From the NCBI GenBank assembly GCA_025920435.1, contig JAPDLT010000004.1:1-51085 (forward strand): 51,085 bases of DNA. The letters are read 5' to 3'. Below, piece by piece: positions 46,047 through 51,085 of the stretch. Source of the DNA: Candidatus Rehaiarchaeum fermentans (GTDB lineage: Archaea; Nanobdellota; Nanobdellia; Parvarchaeales; Parvarchaeaceae). How positions within the stretch are numbered: the stretch's first letter is position 1; each line of letters opens with the position of its first letter. Made by a program: the position numbers and the translations under genes. Below the pieces are notes generated by a model that did not search any database, was not told where the DNA came from, and saw only the letters and a program-made list of their open reading frames with translations.

Positions 46047-48326
46047 TTATTCACACTTAGTATATCCGCAATTCTTGCAGATGAAACAGCCGGCTTCAAA
46101 AACTAAAGTCTGCTGTCCACATACAGGACAAACTTTTGCACCTTTTATTTCTCCTTCTATTACTCCATGAAGTGAATTTGAAGAGGCTGTAAGTAAATTT
46201 ACAGTATTGGTGCCTTTTAAGGAAATTTCTATTGCTTTAGCAACGGCATCTGGAACTGAAAACAATTGTATTCCATTGAACCACTTTGATCTTGATCCTT
46301 TTATGCCTTTAAGCTTTTTAATTACATCCTCAACATCACCTCCCTTTTGAAGATACATACTGATCAGTTTTCCTATTGCTTCAGTATATGCTCTTTCGTC
46401 TTCTCCCACTTTGCCTAACGTTACAAATACTTCTTTAACTTTATTTGTGTTATCTTTATTCACAGTTACGTACAAAGATCCTTCTTCTAATGGAAGTTTT
46501 ACAGTATTTCCTTCTAAAATTAAAGGCCTTTCATAGTCTTCAGTTTTTTCTTGTGTTTTATTCTTATTATTATCTTCATTTTCTATTGGCTTAAGTATAT
46601 CTTCCTTAGATCCTTCTCTATAAACTGTTATTGATTTACACCCTAATTCCCACGCATAAAGATAAATTTTATTTACATCCTCTAAAGTTGCAGTGCTTGG
46701 TAAATTTACAGTTGAAGAAATACTAGCATCAATGTGCTTTTGAATTGTAGCTTGTAATTTAACTCTAAAGTAAGGATCTATTTTATGTGCAGTTACAAAT
46801 ATAGGAGGTAGGTCTTTTTCATCCTTTATTCCAAACTTTTGCATGTATTCTTCAACTATTGGAACAAATACCTTAAATTCTCCCTTAGAAAGGGACTCAG
46901 ATCTTCTTATAAAACTAAGTGCAAATATAGGTTCTATTCCATTGCTTACTCCTGCCATTGATGAAATACTTCCAGTAGGCGCTATAGATAAAAGTGCTAC
47001 ATTTCTCAATCCTTGTTTCCTTATTTTTTCTCTAATTTTTTCAGGAAGCCTCTTAGCAAAGGGTCTTTCAAGATATTTTTCTGCATCAAAACCTGGGAAA
47101 GAACCCTTTTCCTTGGCTATCTCAGAACTCTCATCATAAGCTATTTCTTTTATAAACTTGAATAACTTATCTGAAAATTCTATAGCTTCTTCGCTATCAT
47201 ATTTAATTCCTAGCCTTATGAACATATCAGCTAGGCCCATTACTCCTAAACCTATTCTCCTGGAGTAAACGCTTTCTTCAGCTTGCTCCTTTAATGGATG
47301 TCTAGGATAGTTATAATCTAAAACGTCATCCAAAAATCTAACTCCTATTCTTACCAACTTTTCTAGAGTTTCCCAGTCTAATTCTGCCTTGTCAGTAAAT
47401 GAGTTCTTCACTAACTTTGAAAGATTTATACTACCAAGATCACAAACACCATAATCTTCTAAAGGTTCTTCTGCACAAGGATTTGTTCCGTGTAATTCCA
47501 TTCTTTTATCATAATCAGAAGGAGACTCTTCTTTTACTCTATCCCAAAATATGATGCCTGGATCTCCAGTTTCTAATGCAGTCTTTATCATTTTGTACCA
47601 GAGATCTCTTGCTCTTATCTTTTTCCTTACTTCAACTTTATCATTTTTGAAATAAAGTTCAAATTCTTTATCGTTCTTAACTGCCTCCATGAATTCCTTG
47701 TTAACTTTTACGCTGATGTTAGCATATCTTACTTTAGTTTTATCTGCCTTGATGGTAACAAAGTCTTCTACATCTGGATGACTTACATCGATTGTTATCA
47801 TCAATGCTCCTCTCCTTCCTGACTGACCAATTAAACCAGTTGTTAAAGAGTAAAGCTCCATGAAGGAAACAGCACCAGTAGAAGTTATAGCTGCGTTATT
47901 TACAGGAGAGTCCTTGGGTCTTAAAATAGAAATGTCAATACCTACTCCTCCTCCATAACTATAAGTCCTTGCCATTTCTTTAGCACAATCATATATTCCT
48001 TCAATACTGTCTTCTTTAATAGGAATAAAATAACAGTTTATTAACGTAGACTTAACCTTTGATCCTGCGCCAAATAAGATCCTTCCTCCAGGTACAAATT
48101 TAAAGTCTTCAAGTAGCCAATAAAATTTCTCACTCCACGTTTCTTTATCTTTTTCTACGCTAGCTATTTCTGAAGCTGTTCTTTTCCATGTTTCAACAGG
48201 AGTCTTTTCTAAATAAGATCCGTCTTTGTCCCTTAAAGCATATTTTTCATAAAATACTCTTGCCCTAAATTCATCTCCGTTAAAGAATTCTAGTGTTTCC
48301 TTTGGTAGTTCAACATTCTTTGCCAT
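46047..48326 (-). CDS. nrdJ: Class II (adenosylcobalamin-dependent) ribonucleotide reductase
   Basis: PGGRIL, NCY, GGGVG, RRGALM, TNPCAEEPL, CDLGSINL, IAPTGSIS, SISSTVN, KSITVYR; C-terminal TSCPD-like domain and zinc ribbon. Confidence 0.92.
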   Translation of the reverse strand: MAKNVELPKETLEFFNGDEFRARVFYEKYALRDKDGSYLEKTPVETWKRTASEIASVEKDKETWSEKFYWLLEDFKFVPGGRILFGAGSKVKSTLINCYFIPIKEDSIEGIYDCAKEMARTYSYGGGVGIDISILRPKDSPVNNAAITSTGAVSFMELYSLTTGLIGQSGRRGALMITIDVSHPDVEDFVTIKADKTKVRYANISVKVNKEFMEAVKNDKEFELYFKNDKVEVRKKIRARDLWYKMIKTALETGDPGIIFWDRVKEESPSDYDKRMELHGTNPCAEEPLEDYGVCDLGSINLSKLVKNSFTDKAELDWETLEKLVRIGVRFLDDVLDYNYPRHPLKEQAEESVYSRRIGLGVMGLADMFIRLGIKYDSEEAIEFSDKLFKFIKEIAYDESSEIAKEKGSFPGFDAEKYLERPFAKRLPEKIREKIRKQGLRNVALLSIAPTGSISSMAGVSNGIEPIFALSFIRRSESLSKGEFKVFVPIVEEYMQKFGIKDEKDLPPIFVTAHKIDPYFRVKLQATIQKHIDASISSTVNLPSTATLEDVNKIYLYAWELGCKSITVYREGSKEDILKPIENEDNNKNKTQEKTEDYERPLILEGNTVKLPLEEGSLYVTVNKDNTNKVKEVFVTLGKVGEDERAYTEAIGKLISMYLQKGGDVEDVIKKLKGIKGSRSKWFNGIQLFSVPDAVAKAIEISLKGTNTVNLLTASSNSLHGVIEGEIKGAKVCPVCGQQTLVFEAGCFICKNCGYTKCE

Positions 48327-48446
48327 CTTAAAACGATTTAGTTACACTTTAAAAGCTTTAAAGTAAAAATTTTAATATTTCTACTCTTTTTAAAGTTTAA
48401 AAGCATAAAAAATTTAAAATTATATAAAATCAAGTAGAATAGCAAT

Positions 48447-48821
48447 ATGGAAGTACACATCGTAATAGGAGATCCAAAATCTAAAAAGACGTATCAGAAG
48501 GATGTTGAAGAAAATCCATTTATAGGCAAAGAAATAGGAGAAAAAGTAAGTCTTGATGCAATAGGTTTAGAAGGATATGAAGGAATAATAACGGGAGGAA
48601 GTTATGAAACTGGCCATCCTATGAAGCCCGGATTAAAAACTCAAGGATTAGTTTCACAACTCTTCGAACCTTATTCATTTAATAATTGGTTCGAAAACAG
48701 AAGAAGGAAAAAGGTAGCTGGAGCAATAATAAGCAATAAGACTTCACAAATAAACATAAAAATCATAAAAGAAGGAAATAAACCTATTTCTGAAATAATT
48801 CCACCTAGAAATAAAAAATAA
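48447..48821 (+). CDS. rps6e: 30S ribosomal protein S6e
   Basis: IVIGDPK, FIGKEIGE, ITGGS..G.PM, RRRKKVAG, QINIKI. Confidence 0.92.
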   Translation: MEVHIVIGDPKSKKTYQKDVEENPFIGKEIGEKVSLDAIGLEGYEGIITGGSYETGHPMKPGLKTQGLVSQLFEPYSFNNWFENRRRKKVAGAIISNKTSQINIKIIKEGNKPISEIIPPRNKK

Positions 48822-48851
48822 ATTTATATTTGAATAAGAACAAATCGAAAA

Positions 48852-49967
48852 ATGAAAAACATTGTTATAGATGTAATAGGAAGCTTTTCTGATGGAAAAA
48901 CTACATTAGTCAAGGCACTTACTAATGAAACTACGTTGAGACATAGTGAAGAAGCTAAATATGGAATGACTATAAGACTTGGATATGCTCATTTCACGAT
49001 ATATAAAAATAAATCATCATTTTCTTTAAAAGAAGGAGAGCCGTACATGAATGTTTCCGTTATAGATTCTCCGGGCCACCAACAACTTTTATCTATAATG
49101 ATAAGTGGAGCTTCTATTGTTGATGGCGCAATATTAGTTGTTGCAGCTAATAAAAACATTCAAATGCAAGCAATAGAACACTTACAAACTATTAAAAAAA
49201 TAGGAATAAAAAATTTGGTAGTAGCGCAAAGCAAAATAGATATTGTGAGCAAGGAAAGAGCTATAGAAAGCTATAAAGAAATAAGAGATCTCTTAGATAA
49301 GGAAGGATACAATAATGCAAGAATAATTCCAGTATTTGCAGCACAAAATATAAATATAGAGGAGCTTTTATCAGAAATTGCAAAATTTGAGAAACCTGAA
49401 GAAGAAGGTAGCTTAATCATGCCTATAGTAAGATCATTTGATGTAAATAGGCCTGGTACAAAAATATCTAAGATAAAAGGCGCAGTAATAGGAGGAGGTG
49501 TAAAAAGAGGAAAGTTAAAAGTAGGAGACAAAATAAAAATATTGCCTGCTATAAATTTTGAAGGAAAAGAAATAGAATTGCATTCAGAAGTAGAAGAAAT
49601 ACAAAGTGAATTTGGAGAAGAAAAAGAAGTAGAAAGAGGAAAAACTATAGGAGTTCTTACGAAGCTAGATCCATCATTATCGAGAAATGATGAATTAGCA
49701 GGAAGAGTTTTAGTAAGTGAAAATGAGGAAATCGAATATACAAATAAAATATCTTTGGAAGGAGAAGTAAAAGACTTAGAAAAGGATGAAACAGTATTAT
49801 TACACATATTGTCAATGAGGTTTGGAGGAAGAATAATAAATAAAAAAGAAAATTTAGTAGAAATCGCATTAGATAGGAAAATTCCTTACTTTAAAGGAGA
49901 AACTGCTTTAGTTTCTAAAAGAATAAACAATACGTGGGTTTTAGTAACTGGATTAAAATGCGAATAA
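48852..49967 (+). CDS. eif2g: Translation initiation factor aIF-2 gamma (divergent)
   Basis: GKTTLVKALT, HSEE..GMTIRLGYA, DSPGH, RSFDVNRPG; rps6e-eif2g-PIN context. Confidence 0.9.
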   Translation: MKNIVIDVIGSFSDGKTTLVKALTNETTLRHSEEAKYGMTIRLGYAHFTIYKNKSSFSLKEGEPYMNVSVIDSPGHQQLLSIMISGASIVDGAILVVAANKNIQMQAIEHLQTIKKIGIKNLVVAQSKIDIVSKERAIESYKEIRDLLDKEGYNNARIIPVFAAQNINIEELLSEIAKFEKPEEEGSLIMPIVRSFDVNRPGTKISKIKGAVIGGGVKRGKLKVGDKIKILPAINFEGKEIELHSEVEEIQSEFGEEKEVERGKTIGVLTKLDPSLSRNDELAGRVLVSENEEIEYTNKISLEGEVKDLEKDETVLLHILSMRFGGRIINKKENLVEIALDRKIPYFKGETALVSKRINNTWVLVTGLKCE

Positions 49968-50296
49968 ACGGGATAATAATAGATACTAATGAAATAGTTT
50001 ATGCAATAAAAAATAAAATCGATATTTACCAATTATTTTTAAGCTCAGACTTTCCACTTAAATTCTTTACAACATCAGAAAATATAAAAGAATTAAAAAA
50101 ATTTGGAATAGATATAAATCCATTAAAAGTAAAAATAATACCTGCTAAGGGCAAAACGGATGAAGAAATAATACGAATAGCAAAAGAAAAAAATTTATTA
50201 ATATTTACAGAAGACAAGGAACTTGCCCTTAAAGCTAAAAAACTAGGATTAAAGGCAGTTAAACTTAAAAATAAGAAATCAATCGAGTTTTATTGA
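49958..50296 (+). CDS. PIN-domain protein (Fcf1/Utp24-like)
   Basis: IIIDTN, ELKK, TDEEI, FTEDKEL; start moved to ATG 49958; conserved position after eif2g. Confidence 0.82.
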   Translation: MRINGIIIDTNEIVYAIKNKIDIYQLFLSSDFPLKFFTTSENIKELKKFGIDINPLKVKIIPAKGKTDEEIIRIAKEKNLLIFTEDKELALKAKKLGLKAVKLKNKKSIEFY

Positions 50297-50697
50297 GGAA
50301 TTTCTGGATTAGAAGGGGGATTTGAAGTGGGCAATGCTCCTTTTTCTATCTTTACAAATGATGGTGCAACCACAAATAATGTTTCGTCAATACCTACTAT
50401 CTGTGCCCCAACTGCATCTGCAGTTTTCTTTATCTTAGCTAAAAATCTTGTGAACTCATCATTATCTTTATTCTTTAATTCGCTACTTTTAATTATCACT
50501 ATAGAACTTCCTCCTCTTATTTCTTCTACTATCGTATCTGAATCTTCATATTTAGAAACGGAGTAAACTTTAACGTAAAGCTTAGGTACCGGTTCTGTTT
50601 CCTTTTCAATCTGAAGCTCTACATATTCGTTTTTATCTACATTCTCTTGTACTTTAACTGTTTTTTTGAATAAGTTCAATGGATTTATAGAGACCAT
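50290..50697 (-). CDS. sepF: Cell division protein SepF
   Basis: EYVEL, VKVYSVSKYED..I.EEIRGG, IKKTADAVGAQIVGI...VVAPSFVKI. Confidence 0.85.
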   Translation of the reverse strand: MVSINPLNLFKKTVKVQENVDKNEYVELQIEKETEPVPKLYVKVYSVSKYEDSDTIVEEIRGGSSIVIIKSSELKNKDNDEFTRFLAKIKKTADAVGAQIVGIDETLFVVAPSFVKIEKGALPTSNPPSNPEIPQ

Positions 50698-50906
50698 ATT
50701 TATTTTATATATACCTCTTTTTAAGGCTTTAAAAATATCAATATTAAAAACAAAATTTATGTTTAAGGGTTTTAATTAAAGTTAGATTAAAATTAAACTT
50801 TTTGAATATTCAGATGATCTTAAATCAAAAGAATTAGAAATCCGTTTACTTCATCTCTGCTCTACAGACACAAATCTAAAATAATGAAATTCTTTATCAA
50901 TTTATT

Positions 50907-51085
50907 TTATCCTATACTCACACTAGGCATAACTCCATTAGGAGGATATGCACGAACACGAAGCCAATACAAATATATGTAAGAATATGCTCCACCTGTT
51001 GAAGCTCCTATATAAAAGATATTACCTGGATTTACTGGTGTTCCATAATACTTCACTACGTTACTTAATCCACTATAAACAGGAG
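50907..51085 (-). CDS. C-terminus of probable surface protein (DUF2341-associated tail), 5'-partial
   Basis: Manual translation: ...NIFYIGASTGGAYSYIYLYWLRVRAYPPNGVMPSVSIG*. Confidence 0.6.
   Translation of the reverse strand, partial: PVYSGLSNVVKYYGTPVNPGNIFYIGASTGGAYSYIYLYWLRVRAYPPNGVMPSVSIG

Noticed and set aside
27519-48326. Inteins in AtpA, MCM or NrdJ; introns in 16S or tRNAs
   Set aside because: Lengths are normal and conserved motifs are contiguous.
8916-49957. Upstream alternative starts given by the track (8916, 20498, 29509, 32246, 38022, 49934)
   Set aside because: They create needless overlaps; downstream ATGs (8973, 20507, 29497, 32204, 38094, 49958) fit the family N-termini better.
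4559-50566. Short antisense or nested ORFs in the track (e.g. 6666..7055, 33859..34143, 46843..47139, 49271..49807)
   Set aside because: They sit opposite well-supported genes and have the Ser/Phe/Ile-rich composition typical of antisense frames.
1-51085. CRISPR array, IS element, integrase or att duplication at the two tRNAs
   Set aside because: No regularly spaced repeats, transposase or integrase motifs, or duplicated tRNA 3' ends were seen.
1-51085. Stop-codon reassignment
   Set aside because: TAA, TAG and TGA all terminate recognisable full-length genes.

Overview
AT-rich, very densely packed archaeal chromosome segment with DPANN hallmarks: a fused PriS-PriL primase, a stand-alone and highly divergent 16S rRNA gene, and many overlapping or apparently leaderless genes. 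It is most consistent with a Parvarchaeota/Nanobdellota-type symbiont (inference). Contents: partial S-layer gene; glycogen cluster (GT3 synthase, GH57, wHTH regulator, debranching enzyme); sec11 and rpoL; a Mer-like membrane protein/thioredoxin pair; ROK kinase; tRNA-Leu(CAG); dinB; short dph2; 16S rRNA; a small accessory patch with a HEPN-like gene; trmY; primase; rps10; tRNA-Glu(UUC); a complete A/V-ATPase operon in the order K-E-C-F-A-B-D-H-I; an MCM/translation-initiation operon; a CBS-HPF-like protein; coiled-coil and hypothetical genes; MNT-HEPN; gltX; nrdJ; rps6e-aIF2gamma-PIN; sepF. No CRISPR array, IS or integrase was seen. Best leads: (1) a self-contained pre-16S processing architecture (kink-turn in the 5' leader, a BHB-less 25-bp stem covering the mature 5' end, and a hairpin masking the anti-SD); (2) P-site substitutions in 16S together with a degenerate aIF2gamma; (3) an apolipoprotein-like 11-mer repeat protein whose motif recurs in a large hypothetical protein. 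All calls come from motif recognition by eye; no database searches were run.
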